DNA of 64,000 nt from Amoebidium appalachense (taxonomy: Eukaryota > Protista > Ichthyosporea), in contig CAVNZM010000002.1 of assembly GCA_963693365.1 (NCBI GenBank), positions 3,488,259 through 3,552,258 of the forward strand, read 5' to 3'. The notes under the pieces are model-generated. The model made no database searches, was not told the DNA's origin, and was given only the letters and a program-made list of their open reading frames with translations. Shown here piece after piece: positions 36,659-55,097 of the stretch (positions are counted from its first letter, which is position 1; each line of letters opens with the position of its first letter). A program made the translations under genes and the position numbers.

Positions 36659-38114
36659 TCCCTCTCCCTTCCTCCCCTTTTTCTCTCCCCCCCCCCCTCC
36701 CCCTCTCTTTCTCTCACTCACTCACTCACTCATTCACTCATTCACTTTCTCTTATTCTCCCCCCATGCAGGTTGAACCCACCATGAACAAGAAGCTTCCA
36801 GGCATGCTTGCACCGGCCAAGTTTGAGAAATGCTCCCTCGGCAGCAACCCCCTTCGCATTGAGAAGGTCACTGTGCACACACAGAGAAACGACAGCATGT
36901 TGCTTGACATGGACATCGTTCTGAACGGTAACCCCGACATCTCCCTCTCCCTGTCGGGGGGTTCCATCGAGCTTGGTGTGGCCAAGCTGGTCATCTCTGG
37001 CCGCCTGTGTGTGCTCATGAAGCCCCTGCTGCCCGTGTCTCCGCTTGTCGGCGCTATCCAGGTATGTACGCGTCCGTGTTTTTGTTTGTCAGTGCTTAGA
37101 TACTATTGTTTTGTGTACTTGGGTGCTGTTGTTTATGAGTGGTTGGGTGCTTTTGGGCGTGTTGGGGTGCTTCTGTTGGTGTGTGGTTGGTTTCCTCCAT
37201 GCTTAGAGAACTGGTTGAATGGTGGGGCAGTCTCTAGTCCTTTTGTTCTGTCTTTTTTTTGGCCATTTTAGCCCTCTTGAGCATGAGGGGAAGGGGCATA
37301 GGGAATACGAATCCAAGCAAATGGGTATTTGCTGGGCTCATTTGGAGGTTGCTGCGTGAGAGAAATTCTTGGTTGGACCCACCCCGACTCTGATCCAGCC
37401 AAGTCCGGGTGGCATTGGAAGGGTTATTTGGGGGGGGGGGGACGGGCTGTGGGGAGGGGGGAAGGATGGGTTGGGGTTTTTTTTTGTTTGGGGGGGGGGG
37501 GTCAGTAAGGAAGGGAGGGGAAGGGACGGGCTGTGGGGAGGGGGGAAGGACGGGTTAGGGGTTTTTTGGGGGGGGAAGGGGGGGGGGGTCAGTAAGAACT
37601 ATTCAACGCACACCTCTGTGTATAACAATCCGATAGTATATACCCAATCAATTATTATCCGTATAGTATTTGACTCAACGAATCCTTTTATCCCCCCCCC
37701 CCCCTTCCCCGCCGCCAACACACACACACACACACACACAGGCAGCGTTCATCAACCCGCCCACCATTGATCTTGACTTTACCGGTCTGGGCAACATAGC
37801 CGACGTGTCTTTCATCAAGTCCACCGTGCACAGCACCATTGACAGTGTGCTAGCCGGCATGCTTGTCTACCCCAACCGATTCCTCTCAAAGCTGTCGGCT
37901 ACCGTTGACTTCTTTGACTGCTACCACCCCCCCATGGGCCTTCTGAGGTTTGTGTACCCATTTGTCCCCCTCCCCCCCCCCCCCCCCCCCCCCCCCCTTC
38001 TTTTTAAGACACCGTTCGGAACACGATGCAGATTTTACAGAGTGAGGATGTGGTCTGCATCGTGTTTTCCGTTGTAAGCTTGCTCTTCAATTCTGTAAAT
38101 CATTCTAGCCCCCT

Positions 38115-38163
<49 letters not shown>

Positions 38164-38324
38164 ACACCACCACCACCAAAATTCTGTTAACTCATTCTAT
38201 CCCTCCCTCCCCCCCCCCCCCCCCCCCAACACACACACACACCACCACCACCAAAATTCTGTTACTCATTCTATCCCTCCCCCCCCCCCCCACACACACA
38301 CACACACTTACACCACCATTCTAG

Positions 38325-38372
<48 letters not shown>

Positions 38373-38870
38373 CATAGCTGAGTTATCAGCCCTTAGATGT
38401 TCTTGGTGCATAAGCAGCCCTATGCCGTTAACCCACAGGTTGTTGTAAAGAACATCGCGAAGTGGCTAGGGTTGCCCCCCCCCCCTCCCCCCTCCCCCCT
38501 CCCCCTCCACCACCCATCCACCCACCCCAATAAAAAGAAAGTAAAAAAAGAAACTAACAAGATGGGGGAGGGGAAGGTGGGGGGGGCTTCTAACCGATTT
38601 GTATCATTCGTACAAGGTACGGCGCGGGCCTCCTTTATGTGGCCGTATTGTCAGACGCTTATTCCTCCCTCCCCCCCCCCCCCCCCAAAAAAAAAAAAAA
38701 CAAAAAAAACAAAAACACACACACACAGTTGGTAACTCAACTAACAACCCCCCCCCCCCCCCCCCCCCCACCCACCCACCCACCCACCCCACCCCCATCC
38801 ATCCATCCACCCACCCACCCACCCTTCCCGTACCCCTCCCACCCATGCACCAAACACACACACTCTGTCA

Positions 38871-38901
<31 letters not shown>

Positions 38902-39581
38902 GGCTTACAGTGGTCGAAGGAACAGACTTCAGCTCAAGCGGTGTTGGTGTCTTCAAGCAGAAGCCCGACGTGTACGTGAAGGCGTGGCTGGGGGCTGAGG
39001 AGTTGAAGACGAAGACTGTGGAGGATGAGGAGAATCCAAAGTTTAACACAACAAAGGACATGTTGCTGTATGACACCCGCCAGAGCATCAAGGTGTGTGT
39101 GTGTGTCTGTGTGTGTGTGCGTGACTGTACGGGCGCCTGTGTGTGTGGGTGTGTTTGATTGTCCGTGTGTGCTTGTCTGTGTGTGCTCGCCTGTGGTTGT
39201 GGGTGTGCGTGTGTTCATGCCTGTGTGTCATGCCTGTGTCGGTATACCGTGTTACCCCCCACCCCCTACACCATTACCACCCTCCCCCGCAGGCCTCCGG
39301 TCTCTTATCTACCACCACATTGGCCCCTTTACTTTTCAATTAAGATGAAGTTGTCCCCCTTCACTTTCCAATCATTGATCCCCCCCCCCCCCCCCCCCCC
39401 CCCCCCCCGCCGCCTCGTCCGGTCCCCGCTCCTGTCCCCTCCCTTCCTTCCAAGTCTCTACCTATGATGCAACCTTGCGTGTTCGTGCTCTTTCTTGCAA
39501 GGTCTGCACGTTGTTGGCGGCGGTAAATGTGTACTACTGTGACACATCTAACCTCCTCCCCCCCTCCCCCAGCCCCCCCCA

Positions 39582-39628
<47 letters not shown>

Positions 39629-40626
39629 CACACACACACACAGGTCGAAGTGTTTGACAGTGACGTAGGCAAGGACACCTTCTACGGTGGTTCCACCTTC
39701 GAGACCAAAGACCTCCTTGCAAACGGTGAAATGTGGATCACCCTCAACACAGAAGACGAGAAGAAACCCCGTGTGAAGGTCACGGGTGTGTTGCACAGTT
39801 TGACGGTGGATAAGACACAGGCACAGGCAGCGCTAAAGGATGGGTGCTCAATGGCGGTGGCCGTGGTGTTGGTGGATGGTGCTACCGGGTTGCAGAAAAC
39901 AAAGGGTGCACGTGTCAAGGTATGTGGATGTGTGTGTGTGTGTGTGTGGGACGGTGGGGGTGGAGGAGAGAGGGGAGGGAGGAGGGGGGAGATGGCGGCG
40001 GCGGTGGTGGTGGTGTTGGTGGATGGTGCAAGCGGGTTGCGGAAGACAAAGGGCCCACGTGTCAAGATATGTGGTTTTTTGCACGTGTGTGTGTGAAGAT
40101 GGAGGGAGGGAGAGGAAGCAAGGGGGGAGATATTGGGGGGAGGGGGGGGAAGGTGGGGAGGGAGGGAGGGAGGGGAAGCAAGGGGGGAGATATTGGGAGG
40201 AGGGGCGGAGGGAGGGGGGGGAGGAGATGGCGGTGGTAGTGGTGGTGTTAGTGAATGGTGCTAGCGGGCTGCAGAAGCCGGCAAAGGGGTACGTGTTACG
40301 GTAAGGGGGGCTGTACGTGTGCGGTGGGTGGTGGGGCGAGGGGGAGTGTGGGGAGGGAGCAGTTGGAAGGGGACGGATGTAGGGTTGAGTTGGGAGGAAG
40401 AGGGGGGAGAGGGGGAAACAAGGTCGGGGGAGGGGGGGGGGAGGTGGGTAACTGCAACAAACAATAACACACTCTGACACGTGAGCAACACGCATGCACA
40501 CTTGCATGGGCATATGAACACACCTGCTTATGAACACACCTGCTTGTGTACTCAGCATACAGTACACACACGCCTCAATTAAGAATTACACACGCGCCTC
40601 GATTAAGAATTAACATCTTCCCTCAT

Positions 40627-40657
<31 letters not shown>

Positions 40658-40990
40658 CACACACACACACACATACACAATCACACACGTACACAACAGG
40701 TGTCTGTGGGCGAGAAGGTGCAGGAGACACACGTATTTGCCGAGGGGGAGGGCATCGACACGACCAAGCCGACCTACAACAAGGGATTCACCTTCCTATT
40801 GGACAATCTCAACCAATCGGTGGTCTTCGATGTGCTCAGTGGCGACGATGCACTCGGATCGGTGACCATTCCACTGACGAAAGCGCTAGAAAGCAGGGAT
40901 TCCGCCTTTTTTGATTGGTTCCCGTTGGAGAAATCGCCGGTTGACGGGGCCAAGTTGCGGGCCAAGGTGCAGGTGTTTTATGTGCAGTAG
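36017..40990 (+). CDS. Extended-synaptotagmin/tricalbin-like protein (N-terminal TM, SMP domain, two C2 domains); exons 36017-36313, 36771-37061, 37742-37947, 38903-39092, 39644-39919, 40700-40990
   Basis: Hydrophobic N-terminus. SMP motifs ESAEWLNTMLKQLWPYI, KFEKCSLGSNPLRI and AFINPPTIDLDFTGL. C2 motifs GLLRLTVVEG, KPDVYVK, ENPKFN, VEVFDSD and WFPL. All junctions are in phase. Confidence 0.9.
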
Positions 40991-42344
40991 TGTTGGGCCG
41001 GAGCTGCATGTGCAATTTTGATTACTGCGACTTCTATAAAACACGTGATTCTAACCCCGATTCTTCTAATACGTGTAATTTGGTTTCCGCTCCTAAATAC
41101 GTTGCACATTCCCCTCAAATTGGCTCTATTCTTAGCATTAGCTGTAGTGGGCCGGTATGACTGTGCTCCATAAATCACAAGAATAGTCCGCATCTGGAAG
41201 TTCCTGAACGAACCCCTAGCCTGAACCCCTAGCTCCAAGGCTGGGGGCAATCAGACTTTTGTGCAATATCGATACTGCTGCATGGTCTCATCGCAACCCT
41301 CGTGAGCCTAGTAAATGTGCACATGTATCGACTGGGGGGCATCAATTTTGCATGAAACCCCCAACCCCACCTTCCGCTTCCCCACTCTCTGCTTTTGATG
41401 CATACTCAAACACACAGTGCTGTCCGTCATTGATTTTCAAACACACAGTGCTGTCCGTCATTGATTAAGGACAAAGGGTTCAAAACTAAATTTCCATTGG
41501 TCCGTTATATCCCCACCAATCAAATTGAGTGCGGCCATGAACCATGCATGTGCATAACGGCAGATCGTAATCCCCCATACTCCCTAACTCCCGATACTCA
41601 GTGGGGGCCGATAATCCTACATATGAAATTTGATCAATTACATGGTGAAATTTGAACCCTTTGTCCTTAAGTACTTCGTGCTCTTCGCCCCCTTACCCCC
41701 CCCCTTCCCCCCCCCCCTCCCTGAACACTCCCTCCCTCCCTCCACACACACGTGCACACGTACACACACACACACATACACCGGCACACCAGCATGCACC
41801 ACCACCATGGAAAACGTGGGCACAATAGTGACGTGCAATATGTATATGCGAGCTTGGTGCCGGTTTGGAGTACATGGTGGTGGTGCTTGCTGGTGCAAGT
41901 TGACTCTGCCGATGTGGTTGGGCCCTTCTGTATTACGTAATGGTCACGGACCTAATTATGATTAGAAACACCTAGCCATGTGCTGGCAAACTTCGGTGAT
42001 CATGCATGTTTACTGAATACTGTGGAGGTAACACGTGCATATACATATGACATACGATGGTAATAACCTGTGACAAATCAATGCAACCGCACACATGTAA
42101 ATGCTGCCTTCAAATTTTTCTAAAGATTGTTACCTAATGTTGTGTCCCATAAAGTGTCCAAATTACCCATTCTTGCATGGCATATATATCACGGGGTTTA
42201 GTGACACAAAATTGCGCAGTTGCCCGAGCCCCCCCCCACGGTTATAATTAGGTAATACTAAAGAATTTCAATGCACCCCCCAAAGAAAAAAAAAAAAAAA
42301 CGAAGAAATCCAAAAATAGTGATAGAGCATAGCGGAAGTCAAAT

Positions 42345-48057
<5,713 letters not shown>

Positions 48058-48786
48058 GGTTGAAAGAAAGAAAACAGCCCTTGTTTTATTGTATTAGTAT
48101 TGAAGAAACACTACAGGCCTTACCGATGAACATGTCACAGCTCAGTGACTGACCGGAGCTCGAGCCTCGGCAAGACAAAAAAAAAAAAAAAAAAAAAAAA
48201 AAGAGGGGGGGTTGCGTAATGTGTGGCAACTGAAGATTCGTGATTTATGCCCAACCACTCGAATCTCTAGCAATGTTTATCCAATGAAGCCAGAATCAAA
48301 ATCTGTCACGCTTTGTCAAGTTCACGAAGCACAAAGACCTAAATAATGCACCAGAAAAAAACATAGTGTAGCAACAAGTAAATATAAAAATAAATTGCTC
48401 TACAGAAAATCAAAAATCTTCCTGCTTTTTCACAATTCCGTAATCACGTGGACATCACACGCATGCACCTGAATCAGCAATCAGCAAACAAATGACGTCA
48501 CTGCTCACAAAATGTGAATCCGATTTCTTTTTATAGAAGGCATTTTTTACCATCCAATAGAACTGCGCGTAAAGTTTGCGGATTATCCAAAAGAGGAAGA
48601 AAAGACTTGCCCAAGAAAGCTCCAAGGCGACGGGTATAAAAGACATACGGGCCAGTCCAAACGTCATTTTCGGGTCGCATCAAATTGCCAGTTGCCAGCG
48701 TGCCTGCGTTTGATCGACTCTTCTTCTGTGCCCTTTTTTCGCGAAACTCACAACATAAAGATAAACATTTATAACATAAGCGAAAG
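48058..48786. promoter_or_regulatory. Divergent promoter region between glyoxalase II and ferritin
   Basis: Head-to-head genes. Contains CACGTG (~48445), palindromic TGACGTCA (48493-48500) and TATAAAA (48635-48641), ~150 bp upstream of the ferritin ATG. Confidence 0.45.
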
Positions 48787-49780
48787 ATGTCTCTCTGCCG
48801 CCAGAACTACGCCAACGCCTGCGAGTCTGCTCTGAACGAGCAGATCAACGCTGAGCTCACGGCAAGCTACACGGTATGTTGTAGGCCTGGGCTTCGTCGA
48901 GATTTCACTTCCTCCCCTCCCCCCCATCCCTCCCCCCCCTCCCCCTTTCCCCTCTCTTCCCCTTATTGCCCCCACCCTCCAAGCTCATCTGCCCTGTTCA
49001 GGTGTCCTCAAACCATGTAGACTGCCTGACGGACCGTTTGAGTTGTTGTTGAAAGAAAAGGTCGATGATGTGGATTGGCTCTCCGTTTGGGCGACCCGAC
49101 CCTTCTTGCCACTTGCTTTCTACATAGGACTGTAGCTTGGGCAGGATATGTCTTTTATTGTAGATAAGGCGTTTCCTTCTTAAAGGGGGTTTCTTTTAGG
49201 TCGATTAATTGTCCCCATTTCAGCACATCCGGGTCAAGCCTTTTTTTCAGCATATAACTCACGATTTGAACTGCATTTCTCTTCCTAACGCTTTATTATT
49301 ATTTTTCCCTTCTATGTCTCTTTTTTCTCTTTTCTTTTTCTTTTTTTGTTGTATTATGGCGCATCTGAATCTCGCTGCGGACAAAACGATGGTGCGCAGC
49401 TGATGCTCCGCACGCCAATCATATAGCTAGATTTCCCTTTGACCCGGCCCGGCCCGAAAACCTAAAAGAAACCCCCTTTAACCCGTGTTGTATTTTGTGA
49501 TATTGTTTCGCACCCTTGTTTGGTTTTTTTCGCACGTGCTCGAGTGTGGAGTAGATCCATCCCCTCCCCCCCCCCTCCCCCCCTCCCCCCCCCCCCCCCC
49601 TCTTCAGTACGACGTGCGTGCTGAGTGTGCTTGTGGAAAGAGAAATAAACCAGTTTAAACATAGATTACCTGTCTTGCTGGCCCTTTGTTCCTAAGTCCG
49701 TCTCCGTTCTCTCTTCTTCCCCCCCCCCCCCTCCCCCGAACCGAATGATTATGTTTCCGCATACATCCAGCTCCCCCCCC

Positions 49781-49811
<31 letters not shown>

Positions 49812-52001
49812 ACACCTTCCACTTCACCCGTATGTGTTTGTATGTCTTTTTGTTTCAAGATTTTTTGTATGCACAGGAGAAACAGCCTGCCTAATGTTTA
49901 ATTTCTCCTTTCCTCACCAGTACCTGAGTCTGGCCACCTACTTTGAGCGTGACGATGTTGCGCTGCCCGGTTTTGCCAAGTTCTTCCGTGACTCGTACAA
50001 GGAGGAGTCTGAGCATGCCCAGAAGATGATTGACTACCAGAACGCTCGTGGCGGCCGTGTCATTTTCAACGTGAGTGTTTTGTTGCACATATCCCTTCGT
50101 TGTGGAGTGTTGTCCTTTTGTGTTGAGGTGTGTTGGTTTTATACACACGTTGCAGGGTTTGTGCGTGGGCGATGCATGTTACGGTATTAATGTACGTGAT
50201 GTGGGGTTTGGAATAGTATTTGAACTGTTTTGAGATTTTTGGGTAGGTGCTTTGCTGAGTGCGGTGCTACAGACAATGACTAGTTGCGGTTTTAACTGCC
50301 CCTTTCCCCCAAACTCAGACGCAATTGATGACTTGGGTCCTCCCTGAGGATGGGCTCTGCTTATGACGCATACTGTGCACATGGCTGATGTTGCATACTT
50401 GAATGTTTGCCTTTGCATGTGTCCTGCACCATGCTTCTCGTCGTGTATGCGTACTTTGTACCGTGTTCCGCATTCAAAACCCCCCCAGTCTTCTTTCAGA
50501 GGTGTCCTTTCAGGACAGACCACTGTGTGGAGACCGCTTTACTTCCATGCAACCGGGCATGGTTGCTCTGTGTCGTGCATCTGTAAGCACATACACATTT
50601 TTCGCTGCACTGCATTAGTTTGCACACACATCTTCACCGTTTTGCTCACCTTGCTTGCATAAGCAACCCTGCTCGTCTTTGATCAAGACGGGTTGACCCG
50701 CCCAAGCTCAGTTGATGCTGCTGTCTGAGTTGGAGTGTCGTATATACGCGGGCTAAGGGGTCGAAACTCAGACGCAATTGATGACTTGGGTCCTCCCTGA
50801 GGATGGGCTCTGCTTATGACGCATACTGTGCACATGGCTGATGTTGCATACTTGAATGTTTGCCTTTGCATGTGTCCTGCACCATGCTTCTCGTCGTGTA
50901 TGCGTACTTTGTACCGTGTTCCGCATTCAAACACCCCCCCCCCCCCCCCCCCCTCTCTCTCTCTCTCTTCACAGCCCTGTTGAACTAGGGTCAAAAACCT
51001 AACTGTGATTTTTCTCTGGCCCACAGGACATCGCCAAGCCCCCCACTGAGTGGAAGTCTGCTCTGAATGCTCTCGAATCCGTTCTTCAGCTCGAAATGGT
51101 AACTCCGCGCCCCCTTCCTCCTCCTCCACGCTCCCCCCCCCCCCCCCCTGGTCAAAAAAAAAAATCTCTGTGCTCTCGAGTTCAATAATGCCGGCAAGTC
51201 GTTTTGTACCATACAAATGGCTGTGTGCTAAAGTTGGAGCATACTTTTCGTCCGTACAGCACTTCATTATAATTTTAGTTTTCTCTTTTCTCGTCGTGGG
51301 CCTCAGTACATATTCTATTCCTTCTCTTACATTCGCCTGCACACAGTCCTCATCGCACAGGGAGCAAAAATTTCTAGCCCCAACATGCCCGTGGTCGTAC
51401 TGCCATACCTGTCCGGTTCCCACCTTTCTTGCTGGTGTCCCATATCCAACTTTCCCTACTTCAGTATTGATTCTATACACCATCGAGAATCAGGGTGTTC
51501 CCTCCTGCATACTTAATGTATGTCGTGTTTCTTGTCTGCATATCTACTGTCTAGGGAGCGATTGTGTGTTTTAGTAACGCAGATACAGCACCATTGTGAT
51601 ATGGGTATAAAAACTGTTCTGAATTTACCTCCGATGTGTCGTACCACTGAGCATGTGGTTATATCTTTCCGATTATGGTACGGCCATCGCTACACACTCA
51701 GCACCGTAACCAGAGTTTCCGGCACAGAGTCGGTAAACATACTCAACACTTTCTCCTTCTAACCCCACTCTCTCTTTTCTCTTCCTTCCAGTCTGTGAAT
51801 GAGAAGCTTCTGAAGCTGCACAAAGTGGCCGAGGAGAACAACGATGCGCAGATGTGCGATTTCATCGAGGGCAACTTCCTCAACGAGCAGGTGGAGGCCC
51901 AGAAGCACCTGGCCGACCTGGTCGCTAACCTGCGCCGTGTGGGCGGCGACGGTTTGGGCCTGTACCTGTTCGACAAGCAGCTGCACGAGAAGACCGCCTA
52001 A
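48787..52001 (+). CDS. Ferritin, H-type with ferroxidase centre; exons 48787-48873, 49921-50070, 51027-51098, 51792-52001
   Basis: Motifs RQNY...[67 protein letters not shown] and GLYLFDK. All junctions are phase 0. Confidence 0.95.
50311..50931 (+). mobile_element. Intronic structured repeat, ~1.4 units (453-bp unit plus a 168-bp direct repeat), in ferritin intron 2
   Basis: 50311-50478 is repeated essentially identically at 50764-50931. The whole block matches the reverse complement of 57290-57812. Confidence 0.9.
51200..51560 (-). pseudogene. Possible decayed 3' fragment of a non-LTR retrotransposon ORF in ferritin intron 3
   Basis: Minus-strand YRINTEVG...[10 protein letters not shown]...EGIEYVL resembles the LINE C-terminal L.IETGR...R.C.LC...E..EH.L zinc-knuckle region, with the His/Cys lost. 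Weak similarity. Confidence 0.3.
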
Positions 52002-52491
52002 AAACACAAACTGCTGCCAATGTTTGTTCGTGTTTGCATTTTTGCCCTCCGTTTTTTTTGCTGGTGTTTCTACTGGAACTTTGGTTTTTTTAGGGACATG
52101 GTTCGTTGCTTTACCGTGTGCCACCTAGTGCTCCTGGTAGAAAGGTTGGACATGGGCAAAGAGAGGTGTTTTGTGTTTTTGGGAAGGTGGTCTGCCGCGG
52201 TGTTGATCTCGTTTCGTTCTCCCTGTTGCAGCGCTATTCAGTGGCTGATTTTATATCGAATATATAATAGTAGGAATGTATTGGATGTTGCTTGGTATGT
52301 AATTAACCATGGATTATCGTGTATACATTGCAGTGTTTGCCTGTTTGCACGAGCGCAAGTTTGTGTTAGCTGGTAGTGGTGTGGGTCCAGCCCGGTGCTG
52401 GCTTCAGGGGAACAATGAATGGAACGAATTGCAGCTAAATATTGGTGTTGCCGGCAGCTACTCTCCCCTTCCTCTTTCCCCTCCCCTCCTC

Positions 52492-52528
<37 letters not shown>

Positions 52529-53731
52529 CACACCCACACACACACACACGCACACCTGTAGCAGTATGTTGAGTTGGGTTTCACTTGCGAGGAGAGAGGT
52601 CAAATGCAGGCACCACGGATAATTTGGGTGGGATGGGTTCGGTTCGTACAATGCATACTTCTCCAGCGTGCCTTGCTGCAGAAAAATCAAAAATCTGTTT
52701 TGTGTTGCCTCGTCGTAAGCCTGGATTTAGAATCAGAAAAAAAAGGGTAGGAATTTGTAATCTTGATCGTACTACATTGCATTCTGTACCGTTCCCCGCC
52801 CCGCCCACGTGCACCCAGGCTGTGATCAAGCCCTTCAAGGGACTCTGCTTGTTCATATGACTTGCTATGCCTGCGCAATGTGGAACCCCCCCCCCCCCCC
52901 CCCCTCTTGCTCCCCTGGGCCACCACCACCACACCGTTTGCATAAAAATGCACGGACTGGGATCCCGGGACTGAATTCATGAGTTTTCCGCATTAAATAT
53001 TTGCTTTGTAGTCATTGTCTTCGGATATTAATTCGAGATTTTTTATTTGCTGACGTGTGTTCGCGGGCAGGTAAAATCGGAAAAAATCTGACACGTAAAT
53101 ACCCATGCATGGCCATAGGCCACAGTGAAGACACCATATGTGATCAATACAACAGGTACGTGTGTATGTCGACGTCATGAATTTGTGCAATAGATAGAAA
53201 CTATGGATGGTGTGAAATGCAAACCGTGCATGCAAAGAACCTGCCGGCGGCCGTTTTTCCGAACTAGGCGCCGGTTGTGCACGTTCTTATCAAGCAACAG
53301 CAGAAAACTCAAAACTTGTTCAACTGCGTAAATTCTGAACCACGAAATCACTGTCATGTGTTGAAGCGCCCACCATGCCTTAACCTACACAAAGAGTGAT
53401 AATAAATACTAAGGTAACTGTTACGTGTGTGTGTGTGCAAACACAATCACACGTGCATGCATGCGCACGTACACACACAGACACACACGACAGGCCTAAA
53501 TCTAAACACACCACATACACACACATCAAACACACACCAACACAGACACATGCCGTGGGGCACGCACACACACGCACAAACACTTGTGCACATGCCGAAG
53601 CACGACACATAATCACTTGCATACACACACACACAGACAACTTCACACGTATACGCATGGGCATAAACCCACATATAGCCTAGCACAACACCAACATGAG
53701 CCTCTGATACAAGAGCACCGGCGTCTCCTTT

Positions 53732-54545
53732 CTACTCCTTTGCACACAGTGAGTCGATGAGTTCTTGAAGTGGCGCCAGTTCCTTCTTCTCAATCAGATT
53801 GAACTCCTGCAGTGCAAAGAAAAAGGAAGAGAAAAAAAAAACAGGTTAGCAGGCAACATACCAATGGCTCATGAACACTTCAGTTTAACACTTTTAAATC
53901 AACCAGCTTTTCCCGTCCATCCCTCTCCCCCCCCCCCCCCCCCTCCCCCTTCTCTCTCTCTCTTTCCCTCCCCCCCCTCCCCCCCCCCCCCCCCCCCCCC
54001 CTAAATTCTCCCCTCCCCACCAATGCCCAACCCTTCTCCAGTATTCTCCCTACTGCCATAAGCACACACACAAGGTTTTATGATACACAAGCATCTGTTG
54101 TCTATATACCGGTGATGCAGGCTTGTGTGCGTCTTTTGGGGGGGGGGGGGGGGGGGGGATCAATGTTACAGTAGTAATCGGCATATCAAGAATTCTACAA
54201 CGGATATCGTAAATGCAGATATGCCAAGTCAGTGAACACACACACACACACACACACTTTGCCACATTGCCACATAGGTATAGCCCATCACCTGGGTCTC
54301 CATAGTACCAATGTTACAACCCGCAAGCTTGTCGGGTGGTGGTGTTGAGAGAGGTGGGGGATGGGTTTAGACTGTGTTACTGAGAACTAACTACGGATCT
54401 GCGACAGACAGCACAATTCAGAGTGCAAAGCACACGAAGAGTATGCAAAATGAAAGAAAGCCCATCCTCGGGGGGTGGGGGCAAGTCGTCTATAGTACCC
54501 GACGGCGGTAGAGGGATGGGTGGGTTGTGTGTGTGTGTGTGTGTG

Positions 54546-54579
<34 letters not shown>

Positions 54580-55042
54580 GAAGATAAACATACCTGAATG
54601 AAGAAGATGAAGTGCTTAAACGAGGTGTTGAGGTGGGCCTCTTCCCCCAGAGACACAATCTTGTTGAAGTGCGAGTGGTAGATGTGCGCATACACACGGA
54701 ACAGCCGCTTGAGTATGTTCTTGGCTACACCTGGGAACGTCTTGGGGAAAGGCACTCCTGTGAACCAGAAAGAGAGGGAGGGAGGGAGGGAGGGAGGGAT
54801 GGAGAGAGGAAGGGAGGGAGGGGGGGGAGGGAGGGAGGGAGGGAGGGAGGGGGAGGGAGGGAGGGAGGAAGGGAGGAAGGGGGTGAGGGAGGGAGGGAGG
54901 AAGGGAGGGAGGGAGGAAGGTAGGTAGGGAGGGAGGGAGGAAGGTAGGGAGGGAGGGAGAGAGGGAGACCGAAGAAGGGATCGTCAGCCAACAATGACAG
55001 GGGAAGGCGGGGGGGGGGGGGGGGGGGGGGGGAGGGGGGCCG

Positions 55043-55097
<55 letters not shown>

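Noticed and set aside
48640-48786. Iron-responsive element in the ferritin 5' UTR
   Set aside because: No CAGTG(N) loop is present (only CAGTC, CAGTT and CAGCG), and there is no convincing 5-bp upper stem with a bulged C.
50658-50818. Core identified as 5S rRNA/SINE3, 7SL, U3 or C/D snoRNA, RNase P, or a canonical hammerhead
   Set aside because: Isolated words match (TGATGA...CTGA; GTCTGAG/CTCAGAC; CTGAGGA and CGAAAC), but order, spacing and flanking stems do not fit those families.
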